Assembly (NCBI GenBank): GCA_963422645.2
Contig: CAXXVO010000004.1
Span: forward strand, 224,001-288,000
Length of the DNA: 64,000 nt
Source of the DNA: Alphaproteobacteria bacterium
Lineage (GTDB): Bacteria > Pseudomonadota > Alphaproteobacteria > UBA828
Direction: 5' to 3'
Part shown: in pieces, positions 21,525-31,555 of the stretch
How the letters are laid out: the number at the start of each line of letters is the position of its first letter
Numbering within the stretch: the stretch's first letter is position 1
The notes under the pieces: generated by a model
What the model was told of the DNA's origin: nothing
Seen by the model: only the letters and a program-made list of their open reading frames with translations
Databases searched by the model: none
Made by a program: the position numbers and the translations under genes

Positions 21525-21839
21525 GCCCCAGGGACCGAAGGTGGGGTCGCAGACGCCCTCCCACCCTCTCCCGTCCCTGATCGGGTATCCGGCGCCGGCG
21601 TCGAGGTCGAGGCGCAGGGCGTCGCGCGACACGTGGCGCACGGGCCGGACGTTGCGGGAGAGCCAGTCTGCGACGGCCTCGCTTGCGGCCTGCCCGCGGG
21701 CGATGCGCTCCGGCAGCTCGCGGGCGGGTTCGCGGTAGCAGGAGAGGACGACCTCGTCTTCGGTCTCGCGCAGGACGAGGAGGGCGAGGGCGGTGCTGTC
21801 GATGCCGCCGCCTGCGGGGACGAGGGTGCGTCTTGGCAT
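20955..21839 (-). CDS. QueC-like PP-loop protein
   Basis: N-terminal GGGIDST (SGGxDS-like) and TWRC-x5-PCGRCPRC zinc motif. Confidence 0.65.
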   Translation of the reverse strand: MPRRTLVPAGGGIDSTALALLVLRETEDEVVLSCYREPARELPERIARGQAASEAVADWLSRNVRPVRHVSRDALRLDLDAGAGYPIRDGRGWEGVCDPTFGPWGLDRYATHADEAERHRADRVMLGITSWDTADDMHRMYWHPAYRARTAVPMELPFFPGWEDGAQWPPSRDDPFGPVAGRFMLQALLPPGLEALTWRCTVAAEPCGRCPRCRLNAFFERFCRGRPADGIARIDDALERHRGAGRWYADADPGRWTGHDGYDAAERAVEDPEWWKAELERPCRPGARPGPDRA

Positions 21840-21840
21840 C

Positions 21841-22527
21841 CTAGCCCCACTCGATGACGATATAGCCGGCGGAGACCGGGGAGGGCACGGTGAGCTGGGT
21901 GTGTCGGCTGACGCCGCTTGCGCCGGCGGGGGCGGAGGAGGTTCCGTCTGCGCCGTCTGCGCCGTTGCGTCCGTAGACCGCTCTCTTGCCGCCCTTGCCG
22001 CCGCGCGCCGTGCCGCCGAGGACGGCGGTGTTGCTGCCGTCGCCGCCGTCCCTCAATCGCGCTCCGTCCACGCCGTTGTCTCCCACGGTCAAGCTGTAGG
22101 AGGTGCCCGGCGAGACCGCGATCTCGAAGTAGATGAAGCCGCCGTCGCCGCCCCGCAACTGCACGCGCACGCGGGTCACGCCCGCGGGCGCGCGCCAGTA
22201 CCCGGAGCCGGGCGTGGTGAAGGTCTTGCGCCCGCGCGGCGTGGGCCGGGGCGCCGGCTCGGGCGCGGGACGCGGCGGCGCCGTGCGCTCGCTGAGGTTG
22301 GCCAGCCGCGTGCGCTCGGCCGCGCTGAACACCTCGCCCCGCATCTGGCGGAAGGGGTGCAGGCCGGAGCCGTCGAGGGTGGCGACGCCGCCCGGATCGC
22401 CGAAGGCGTCGATCATGGCGTTGATTGTGTCGGCCATGGCCTTGATGGCGGCGCGGGCGTGGGCGGGCGAATCGCTGCCCTGGTCGAGGTGGGTGGTGTC
22501 GATCTTCCGGGTGGGCCATGCGGTCAT
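21841..22527 (-). CDS. Putative phage tail fibre, glycine-rich
   Basis: Follows the J-like gene; TFTTPGSGYWRAPAGVTRVRV and Gly-rich C-terminus. Confidence 0.65.
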   Translation of the reverse strand: MTAWPTRKIDTTHLDQGSDSPAHARAAIKAMADTINAMIDAFGDPGGVATLDGSGLHPFRQMRGEVFSAAERTRLANLSERTAPPRPAPEPAPRPTPRGRKTFTTPGSGYWRAPAGVTRVRVQLRGGDGGFIYFEIAVSPGTSYSLTVGDNGVDGARLRDGGDGSNTAVLGGTARGGKGGKRAVYGRNGADGADGTSSAPAGASGVSRHTQLTVPSPVSAGYIVIEWG

Positions 22528-22548
22528 GGAGCTTCCTTTCGCGATCGC

Positions 22549-25500
22549 TCAGCCCGCCGGCGCGGCGATATGGGCGCGGGCGAGGCCGAAGCAGAGGTAT
22601 CTGACGGTGGGGAGTTGCCCGCGCTCCCAGGTCCAGGTCCACTCGACCTGGACCATGCGTCCTGCAATCCCGTCCCCGGCGGCGTAGCCGGTCCAGGCGG
22701 CGGAGGCGAGGTCGTCTCGGAAGTCGGCGGCGCGCACGCGCACCGTCGGCTGGACGGCGGCGTCGGAGTCCCAGGCGAGCACCGAGACGACGCCGTCCTG
22801 GCCGAGGTCTGCCGGCATGGAGGTGTAGACGGTGGGCTCGGCCGCCCAGGCCGCGCCGGGGAGCGCCCATCCGGTCCAGGCGTCCCAGGTGGTGAGGCCG
22901 CGCCAGGCGTAGTCGGCGGCGCCGGTGGCGGGATCGGCCCAGGAGAAGTCGAGGGCCGCGCCGGCGAGCGTGCCGCGGGTCCATCCCTCGGCGCTGGGGC
23001 AGGCCCAGAACAGGCTCTCGCCCCGGCGCTGGGCGCCGAGGCGCGCGGTGACGCGGCTCTCGGGGCCGTAGCGCCCGCCGGTGTCGAGGGCGCGGAAGGA
23101 GAAGAGCCAGTCGCCGGCGGCGGGCTCGACGGCCTCCCAGGGGCTTGCGGTGAGCCATCCGCGGTGGATCGCGCGCAGCTCTTCCCACGGCGTGCCCGGG
23201 TCTGCGGGATACGCCGGCGCGGGTCCGTATCTGATGCGGACGCCGAGCAGGTCGGGGTCGGCCGGCTCGGCCCAGCGGAAGCGCCGGGTTCCGTCGCCGA
23301 GGCGCTCGACGTGGGCCTCGCCGACGGCGCCGGGGGGCGTGCGCAGGCCGCGGATCGTATATGCGATGCGGTGCCGCGGGCCGCCGCCGCGGGGCAGGAC
23401 GACGATCTCGATCCAGCCCTCGGGCGGGCTGGTCCAGCGCGCCTCCGTGTCGCCGCCGTCGAGGCTGGCGACGGTGCGCATGGGCCGGCGCTCCCACGAC
23501 GCGCGGACCTCGGCGCCGCGCCAGTCGCCGGCGACGGTGAGGGAGAGCGCGATCTCGACGAGGAAGGCGGCGCCGACGCGGATCAGGGTCTCGGTGACGG
23601 TGGCGTGCAGGACCCGCGGCAGATTGCGCCGTATCTGCGGCAGATCGACCGAGAGGTCGGCGGTGGCGGCAGCGTAGTAGGCGCCGAGCTCGTCGACGGC
23701 CTCGAGGCGCACCCGGTCCCCGGATCTGGGGCTGACGCCCACGACCTTCACCCTCGCCGGCCCGGCGCCTGCGGGATAGAGGCGCCAGAGCGTGTCGACG
23801 GGCTCGCCGATTCCGTCCTCCGGCGCGGGTGTCGTCCACACGCGGGCGGTTTCGGCGCCGTTCGCGCGCGCGCCGGAGCCGGGCGGGCCGGCATGGGCGC
23901 GCACGGTCTCGAGCGCCCCTTCGGGCCGGCGCAGCATCAGCCAGTCGGTCCCCGCCGCGCCGGCGATCCGCACGGCGCGGTCGAGGGTGCATCCGTCGTC
24001 GTGCAGGGCGACGAGCCGGCCCGTGCGGCCCCCGTCGAGCAGGCCGTGGCTGAGGTGGACCACGTCGCCGCGCCTGATGGAGAGGCCTTCCGGCCCCGTC
24101 TCCCAGGCGATCCGCCGCCGGTGGTAGCGCTGGCGCGCGGCCTGGAGGTTGCACTCCAGGGCGGCCTGTTCGCGCGTCGTGACCCCGGCGAGCGTGAGCG
24201 TGGCGGTGGACGCGGGCGGGTATTCCGCGTCCGGCACGGTGCGGCGCACGGTGTTCCACTGCCAGTCGAGATCGGGGTCGATATAGCGACAGGCGATCTC
24301 GTCCGCGCCGCGGCCTGCGGCCCAGTCCACCTCGAGGGAGCCTGCGACGATGTTGCCGGGGGTTATCATGGCCGTCGCCGGCCTGTCGGCGGCGTCCCAC
24401 ACGACGCCGAGCCGGCCCGACTGCCAGGAGGGCGCGGCGCGGCCGCAGCGGGCGATCGTCTCGATCACGCGGGCGTGGCCGATTGCGCGGTCCAGCACCA
24501 GGTCGCAGCGCAGCGGCGGGTCGTGGGCCGCGATCCAGTCGTGCCAGGCGCCGAGGCCGGCGAGGTCGATGCGGGCGTCGGGCAGGCCGACCCCGGCCAC
24601 GACGCGGCCGTGCACGCGGATGCCGCGCAGGTAGAGCAGCATGAGGGCGGCGGGGTTGGAGGAGTACGCCGCGGGCGCGGCGGACCAGGCGCGCCCGTTC
24701 CAGCGGGGCGCCTTCTGGCGCACCAGCGCGCTCAGCCGGTCGACGGGGCCGGAGAACTGGCCCGAGGCGCGGATGCTCAGGCCCAGCCGCCGCTGGCCGG
24801 TGTAGTCGGTCGCGTCCCTCTGGTAGCTCCTGAGGGCCGCCCAGGTCAGATCGTCGCCCGAGCGGTCGTCGTCCGCCGGCGGGGAGGTGCGGCGCACGCG
24901 GACCTCCCAGCTGCCGTCGCCCGCGAGATCCCAGGCCGCGCCCCAGCGGAATGGCGCGGTCTCGTCGTGGCCCAGCGTCTCCGCGCCGAGCCGCGTCCAG
25001 GCGCCGCCGCCGGCGCGGCGGGCCTCGACGACGATATCGACCTCGCGCCGCTCGGGCCTGCCCTGCCCGTCGAAACCGTAGAGCGCGCCGGCGATGTCCA
25101 CGCCGACCCGGTAGGTGTCGTCGGCGGTGGTGCGCGTCACCCACCCGTCGTCCGCCCCGAGGTCGTCGGCGGCCACCGGCGCGCCGCCGTCCTCGGGCCA
25201 GGCGAGCGCGCCGCCGGCCTCGGTGTCGACGTTGCCGGCGATGCCGTGGACCTCGCCGCCCGGGCGCCAGTCGATCAGGCCGCGGGCGTCGGCCGGCGGC
25301 GCGAGCGTCAGGTGCTCGTAGTCCGTGATCGGGGTGTCGCCGATGCGGAGATCGGCCTCGGCGACCTCGATCGCGCCGAGGCCGAAGTGGAAGATCTGGC
25401 GCAGGATGTGGTCCGGCAGGGCGTCGGCGCCGGAGACGTACTCGGTGTAGGGCCGGGAGCCGAGGTCGGGGAAGATGCGGTGCTCGCCGAGGACCAGCAG

Positions 25501-26075
25501 GAAGGGCTGGTAGGGGCGCTGCGGGTTCCGCCCGCCCGAGATCGAGTAGACCGGGTCGGGCCGGGCGAGGGAGGCCCGGGTGACCTCGGGGATCGCGGGC
25601 GGCACGAGCGCATTCACCAGCAGGGTGCCGCCCACCATGATCAGGGAGCTTCCGAGCGCGGTGGACTGGGCCGCCGTCAGGCCGAGGCCGAGGGCGTCCG
25701 AGATGAAGCCGCCGACCGCTGGCCCGGCCCAGACCGCTGAGCCGGGATCAGGCGGAGCGTGACGATATCGCCGAGGCGGAGCGGGGTCGCGGGCCACGCC
25801 GCGCGCGGGACGGGGGTCCCGTTCAGCTCGACGGCGACCAGGGCGGGGTCGAGCCCGAGCCTGCGCGCCTCGGCCCCGGCGAGGCCGGCGAGGGTCTCGC
25901 CGGGGCGGATCGAGACCCGCCGGGTCTCGCGCCCCTCCGAGGTCAGCGGGTGCGGCCAGGCGTCGAGGGTCACGCCCGCGTGCGCGCGGTCGCGCGATGC
26001 AGGGGCCGTGACCGGGCCGTTCACGGGCGGTGCAAGGGTCGTGCGCGGCCCCTGCACGGGCGGTGAATCGCTCAT
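22549..26075 (-). pseudogene. Phage tail-tip/host-specificity protein (gpJ-like) with ubiquitin-like N-terminus, frameshifted near 25740
   Basis: YSISGGRN...LGEHRIFPDL, SSNPA, YIDPDLDWQ; N-terminal part (ATG 26075, overlapping the NlpC stop) lies in another frame. Confidence 0.8.
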
Positions 26076-26482
26076 ATCCAGATCGTCCACCGATAGATCC
26101 CCGTGGCTTCCAGGCCGCGCGCCTCGAGGCCGCGCAGCGGGTGCAGGACGGTGCCGAGCCCGGCCTGGCAGTGCAGCACGCTCGGCTCGCCGGCGGGCGC
26201 GCACCAGAGCCCGATATGGTGGCCCGCGAGGCGGCGGCGTCCGGCCATGCGCATCAGCACCCCGTCGCCCTCTTCCGGCGTCTCGCCGGCAGCCAGCGTC
26301 CGGGCGTGCTCGCAGGCCAGTGCCCGGACCTGACGGTCGCGGCCGCGCACGCCAGCAGCGCGCGGCGGCGGCTGCCAGGCGCGGCCGAACTCGGCGGCCA
26401 GCACGCAGACCACCAGGTCGACGCAATCGTGGCGGCCCTCCACGTGAGGGCGGCCGAGATAGCGCTCCGTCCAGTGGGTCAT
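26072..26482 (-). CDS. Phage NlpC/P60 tail assembly protein
   Basis: YLGRPH...DCVDLV, HIGLW, VLH; position in tail operon. Confidence 0.82.
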   Translation of the reverse strand: MTHWTERYLGRPHVEGRHDCVDLVVCVLAAEFGRAWQPPPRAAGVRGRDRQVRALACEHARTLAAGETPEEGDGVLMRMAGRRRLAGHHIGLWCAPAGEPSVLHCQAGLGTVLHPLRGLEARGLEATGIYRWTIWI

Positions 26483-26520
26483 GCCAGCCATGCGCGCCGC
26501 GCAGGAGGAATGGCGACGCA

Positions 26521-27430
26521 TCAGAACAGGCCCGGGCTGGTCTGGGGGTCGTGACGCATGAGCACGGCCGGTCTGTCCAGGAGCGGATCGAAGCCCAGGC
26601 GCACGGTGACGCGCTCCTGGTCGACGCGGACGTGGAGCACGTCCAGCGTCACCTCCCACTCGATGCTGCGGGTCGCACGCACGCACTGCATCACGCGCAC
26701 CGTGGCGCCCGCGCCGCCGCCGGCCGCCTCGATCCACTGGGTGAGGTCGCGGCCGACGTTGTCGATCCAGAGCTCCGCCGCCGGCTGGCGGCCCTCCACG
26801 TCGTCGGCCAGCCGCGCGCCGAATCGGAGCGCCGCGTAGCGCCGCCCGTCGATCTCGAGGTCGACGGCGTCGTTCACGACGCGCAGCGCGTCGACCAGCA
26901 GCGGGTGGCGGATCTCCAGGCAGGCCACGACGACGTCCCGGGGCGAGGCGGCCCGCTGCGCGAGCGCGTAGCGCATGGCCGGGGTGACGATCCTCTCGGG
27001 CGTCGCCGAAACCTCGTCCGACGCCGCGCCGGGGCCGCCTGCGCCCACCATGCGGAGGCGGAAGGCCCAGGCCCGCCCGTTGCGCAGCCCCGTTACGGTG
27101 TGGCCCGTCGTGCCGGCGCCGCTGCCGGGGATATCGGTCCAGGCGCTCCAGGCGCCCGCGCCCGCCCGGTACTGCACCTGCCAGCCGGCCAGGGTGGCGA
27201 TGCCCGGATCGTCCCAGGAGAGCGCGACCTCGCCGTCGCCGGCGACGGCCGCGAGGCCCGCGGGCGCCGGCAGAACCGGCGGCGTCGCCGAAACCTCGGC
27301 AGACGCCGCGCCGGGGCCGCCCGCGCCCACCATGCGGAGGCGGAAGGCGTGGGCCCGCCCGTTCCGCAGCCCCGTTACGGTGTGGCCCGTCGTGCCGGCG
27401 CCGCTGCCGGGGATATCGGTCCAGGCGCTC
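26521..27430 (-). pseudogene. DUF1833-like tail protein with N-terminal FN3 repeats, 5'-truncated
   Basis: LEIRHP..LRVVND..IDNVGRDL..PGLF; FN3 motifs (VALSWDDP, HTVTGLRNG); cut at the inversion junction. Confidence 0.75.
26999..27430 (-). repeat. Tandem FN3-coding repeat, 282-bp period
   Basis: 27001-27148 nearly identical to 27283-27430. Confidence 0.9.
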
Positions 27431-28171
27431 GACCGGTACGCAACCCACGCCGACGAGGCCGAGCGCCACCGCGCCGACCGGGTGATGCTCGGCATCACCT
27501 CGTGGGGCACCGCCGACGACATGCACCGCATGTACTGGTATCCCGTCTACCGCGCGCGCACCGCCGTCCCCATGGAACTCCCCTTCTTCCCCGGCTGGGA
27601 GGACGGCGCGCAGTGGCCGCCGTCGCGGGACGACCCCTTCGGACCCGTCGCCGGGCGCTTCATGCTCCAGGCCCTGCTCCCGCCCGGGCTGGAGGCGCTC
27701 ACCTGGCGATGCACCGTCGCGGCAGAGCCCTGCGGACGCTGCCCCCGATGCCGCCTCAACGCCTTCTTCGAGCGCTTCTGCCGGGGACGCCCGGCGGACC
27801 AGGTCGCCCGCATCGACGACGCCCTCGAACGACACCGCGGCGCAGGCCGATGGTACGCCGACGCCGACCCCGGAAGATGGACCGATCACGACGGATACGA
27901 CGCCGCAGAACGCGCCGTCGAAGACCCCGAATGGTGGAAGGCCGAACTCGAACGCCCGTGCCGCCCCGGCGCCCGCCCCGGTCCCGACCGCGCCTGAAAC
28001 CCCCACGCACCGCCCGTGCGCGCGCTCACCGAAACCCCCGCGCAGCGCTCCTTCATGGCCCATGCACAGGCCGGTTTTTCCAGCCCGGTTCAGCCCCGAA
28101 AACCAGCCGATTTTCCAGGCCATTCGCAAAGACTTCCGGCCGCGATTCGCAAAGACTTTCGTCCGGCTACA
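27428..28171. repeat. Right arm of inverted repeat, with 5'-truncated second QueC-like copy (27431-27997, +)
   Basis: Protein segment DRYATH...GPDRA nearly identical to the left copy. Confidence 0.95.
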
Positions 28172-28665
28172 CCCTGGATCGGTCGCTCCAGCGCCTCCAG
28201 CATCGCCACGGTCGGCTGCAAACGGGTCTCCGCCGTGGTCGGCAGCAGCACGGGCTCAAGCCCGAGTGCCTGCAGCGTGTTGCGGTAGGCCGGGTAGCCG
28301 GGATTGGCCAGCGCCACCCGGTCGCCCACGTCGAAGGCGGCGAGGAAGGCAAGAATTATTCCGGCCGAGCCCCCGGTCGTGACCACGATGCGTTCGACCG
28401 GTGGAGCGAAGCCGTAGCGCTCGCCGTAGAACGCAGCGGCGATGCGTTCGAGCAGGGGCAGCACGCCGTCGGCCTCGGTGTAGCCAATTTTGTCGCCGGC
28501 CAGGGCCGCCTGCGCGGCATCGAGCACCCGTTGCGGCGCACCTGAGCCGGGCTCTCCGGTCTCCATGTGGAAGACCGGGGCTCCCGTCGCCGCACGCTCG
28601 GTCGCGGCCTTGAGGATTTCCATCGCGAAGAAGGGCGCGACCGCCGCGCGCCGGGATGCCGCCAT
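28172..28665 (-). pseudogene. Class I/II aminotransferase, 3'-truncated
   Basis: PFFAME, GEP, VTTGGSAG, PGYPAY; stops at the element end. Confidence 0.88.
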
Positions 28666-28674
28666 CGCCGTGCC

Positions 28675-30153
28675 TTAGGGGTTGCCGTCCGCAGCAACAC
28701 CCAATTTGCGGCTGTCGCTTGTGTGGTTGCAGCTCTCCGAATTTGGCGGCAACCCACCCGGGCAGTGGATCGCATTGACCCTTCCGACCGCTGGCAACTG
28801 GACAATCCGATAGCCAAGCTCAGTGAGCGCCGACCGAGCTTCGGCGCCAATTGCTGGCTCGACGTCCAGCTGATCGGACGCGCCGCCCGCATGCACCCTA
28901 GGCACAGCCGACGCTGCGGCGAGCGGCTGATCGCGGTCGAGCAGTTCCAGCAGTACTGTTGCCAGTGCGCTCGGCGCCGCCCTGCCCCCGCTGGCAGCCG
29001 CCGTCAGAAAGACTTGCTGGCTGTTCCGGTCGACCAGCATTGCCGACGCGAGCGGTAGAGCAAGATCAGGCTCCGGCGCAGCCGCGAGAACTATCCCCGT
29101 TTCCGGCGCGACCCGACCCGCGCCGAATGGGCCGTTCATCGTGAGGCCACACGCGACCGCCATGCCCCGCCGGTCGACAACCACGAAACTCGTGGTGGGC
29201 GCGTCGCCGACTGGGGTGGCGAATCCCTCCTTCTCAGCATCAACCAGCAGTTGCAGACGCTTTGCTCCATCGGCCTCGCTGTAGCGGTATTCGGCGTTGG
29301 CCGTGTTCCAGATCGTGGCGGCAACTTCCCCGCCGCTACCCGGTATCATGTGCAGTTCTTTACCGTCGATGGGCAAGAACGCGGTGCCGCGCCAGCGCGC
29401 CTGATAGCCCGCCAAATTCTCTGCCCCGAGCGCCTCGCCTGCTGGGGCGATTGAGTCTTCCAGCAGGCGTGCCGTGCGCCCGGTATAGAAGTCAGTGGCA
29501 CCACTGCGCCGCAGCCGCGAGATCAGCGCGGCGAGATCGCGTTGAACAAAGGTCTCGCCCCGGCCGATCGGCTGGCCATCGCTTCCACCGAAGAGGGCGC
29601 GTGCGGCGGGATCTCGAAATAAGGCTTCGGTCCCGGCCGCGAGATCCTGCGCCAACACTCGCGACGTTGGATGACCATGCCGCGCCAACTGCTCCGCCGC
29701 ACCAAGCGTACGGGACCAGAACAGTCTTCCGAAGCGGGTCTGCAGGGCATCCATGCCGCGCACCGTCCCCGGCACGGCAATCGCTGACCCACCGCCGGCT
29801 GACGCAGTCGCTTGCGCCGGTAGGAAATCGAGGGCCTCGATGGTGTCACCCGACTGATGCGGTCTGTAGACGAGGCATTGGCCGCCACCGCCGAGGCTGG
29901 CTACGGATGGATAGGTCACCGCCAGCACGAAGGTCAGAGCCACCGCGGCGTCGGCCGCTGAGCCCCCTGTCGCCAGCATCTCGCGAGCCGCGATCACGGC
30001 GAGCGCTTCGTCCGCGACGATCGCGCTTGAAAACTTCGCGTCTTCACTGAGCTTGCTGGGAATTGGGGGTCCCCCCGCCTGGCATCCCGCGAGCGCCACA
30101 AGTGTCGCGAACGCGAGGAGGGCTGGCCATTGACGGAGGCGTGCAAGCGGCAT
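28675..30153 (-). CDS. Gamma-glutamyltransferase family lipoprotein
   Basis: GGSAADAAVA, SLGGGG, AVPG, TTSFVVVD; lipobox LAGC. Confidence 0.85.
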   Translation of the reverse strand: MPLARLRQWPALLAFATLVALAGCQAGGPPIPSKLSEDAKFSSAIVADEALAVIAAREMLATGGSAADAAVALTFVLAVTYPSVASLGGGGQCLVYRPHQSGDTIEALDFLPAQATASAGGGSAIAVPGTVRGMDALQTRFGRLFWSRTLGAAEQLARHGHPTSRVLAQDLAAGTEALFRDPAARALFGGSDGQPIGRGETFVQRDLAALISRLRRSGATDFYTGRTARLLEDSIAPAGEALGAENLAGYQARWRGTAFLPIDGKELHMIPGSGGEVAATIWNTANAEYRYSEADGAKRLQLLVDAEKEGFATPVGDAPTTSFVVVDRRGMAVACGLTMNGPFGAGRVAPETGIVLAAAPEPDLALPLASAMLVDRNSQQVFLTAAASGGRAAPSALATVLLELLDRDQPLAAASAVPRVHAGGASDQLDVEPAIGAEARSALTELGYRIVQLPAVGRVNAIHCPGGLPPNSESCNHTSDSRKLGVAADGNP

Positions 30154-30184
30154 ATCCAGACGTGAACCTCTTGGACTGTGAGCG

Positions 30185-31543
30185 TTGGTCATCCGTCTCG
30201 CACGCGCAGCGGCAGTTGCCAGCTTAGCATTCTCATTGATCCTGGCAGCAGCGACGCCAGCGAAGCCGCAGGGCGTTTCGCTGATCCGCGACGCGGAGAT
30301 CGAAGATACCATCCGGGCCTATGCCGCACCATTGCTGGAGGCTGCGGGCCTAGGCAAGGACGCGGTCCGGCTGCACATGGTCAACGACCCCAGCATCAAC
30401 GCCTTCGTCGCCGGCGGCCCCAATCTCTTCCTGAGCAGCGGCATGCTGACCGCCGCCGAGGAGCCCGGCGAGATCATCGGCGTGCTCGCACACGAGATCG
30501 GCCATATCGCCGGCGGCCACTTAGTCCGCACGCGGGACGCGATGGAGGATGCCTCCGCCGAGATGATCCTGGCGACGGTGCTGGCGGCCGGCGCTATCAT
30601 CGCGGGCGAAGGCGAGGTCGGAAGCGCCATCTTGAGCGGCGGCCAGGCGATCGCGCAGCAATCGTTCCTGCGCTACAGCCGTACGCAGGAGCAGAGCGCT
30701 GACCAGGCAGCCGTGCGCCTCCTTGAGCGCACCGGACAGTCGGCTGCGGGCCTGCTCCGCATGTTCCAACGGCTCGAGGAGCGCGAGCGGCTCGCTATCA
30801 GCGAGGCGAACAGCTACGCAAGCACTCATCCGCTCACGCGCGAGCGCATTCGCTTCATCCGCGACCATGTGGAGGGGGAAGACCGCACTTCAGGTGGTGC
30901 CCCGGACGCGCACATCACCGCCCACCGCCGCATGGTGGCGAAGCTCAAGGGGTTCCTCGACCCGCCGGAGGAAACCTTCCGCGCCTACCCGGACGAGGAC
31001 CGGTCGACCGAAGCACGTTACGCCCGCGCCATTGCCTACTACCAAATCCCCGACCTGGAGCGCGCGCTTGCGGTGCTCGATGCCCTGCTGGCAGACCACC
31101 CGGACGACCCCTGGTTCCACGAGCTAAGAGGGCAGGTTCTCTTTGAGAACGGCCGTGTCAGAGAGGCGATCGCGCCCTACGAACGGGCGGTCGCGCTAAA
31201 GGACGACGCCGGGCTGCTGCGCCTCGGCCTCGCCCGCGCACAAATCGAGACCGGCGATGCCGCGTTGCTCGCGAGCGCCATCGAGAACCTGGAAGCGGCG
31301 ACCCGGCTGGAGCCGAAGGTGCCCCGGCACTGGTATCAACTGGGCATCGCACGGGGCCGCGCCGGCGAGCGCCCGGGCTCTTCCCTCGCGTTCGCCGAGG
31401 CGGCCTATCTAGGGGGTGACGCGGAGCGGGCGCACTACCACGCGACCTTGGCGGCAGACAACCTGCCTCACGGCAGCGCGGGGTGGCTCAGGGCCGAAGA
31501 CATCCTCAATGCCGCCAAGCTAGCCGCGCGAAAGAGACAATGA
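30185..31543 (+). CDS. M48 metalloprotease with TPRs (BepA-like)
   Basis: INAF, HEIGH, STHP. Confidence 0.9.
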   Translation: MVIRLARAAAVASLAFSLILAAATPAKPQGVSLIRDAEIEDTIRAYAAPLLEAAGLGKDAVRLHMVNDPSINAFVAGGPNLFLSSGMLTAAEEPGEIIGVLAHEIGHIAGGHLVRTRDAMEDASAEMILATVLAAGAIIAGEGEVGSAILSGGQAIAQQSFLRYSRTQEQSADQAAVRLLERTGQSAAGLLRMFQRLEERERLAISEANSYASTHPLTRERIRFIRDHVEGEDRTSGGAPDAHITAHRRMVAKLKGFLDPPEETFRAYPDEDRSTEARYARAIAYYQIPDLERALAVLDALLADHPDDPWFHELRGQVLFENGRVREAIAPYERAVALKDDAGLLRLGLARAQIETGDAALLASAIENLEAATRLEPKVPRHWYQLGIARGRAGERPGSSLAFAEAAYLGGDAERAHYHATLAADNLPHGSAGWLRAEDILNAAKLAARKRQ

Positions 31544-31555
31544 GCGCGGCTCTCC

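Larger units (their letters stand above)
20783..28171. mobile_element. Mu-like transposable prophage remnant with two inverted copies of one end
   Basis: TGTAGCCGG...CCGGCTACA termini, each with two AAGTCTTTGCGAAT sites 23 bp apart; tail genes inside; no transposase; both flanking genes truncated. Confidence 0.8.

Noticed and set aside
21467-25740. 1225-aa and 1315-aa ORFs
   Set aside because: Arg/Gly/Pro-rich shadow frames of the GC-rich tail gene.
26072-28129. Long ORFs crossing the inversion junction
   Set aside because: Chimeric read-through of antisense and sense fragments.
20783-28171. Diversity-generating retroelement or invertase shufflon
   Set aside because: No reverse transcriptase or recombinase in the window, and the arm differences are not adenine-specific.
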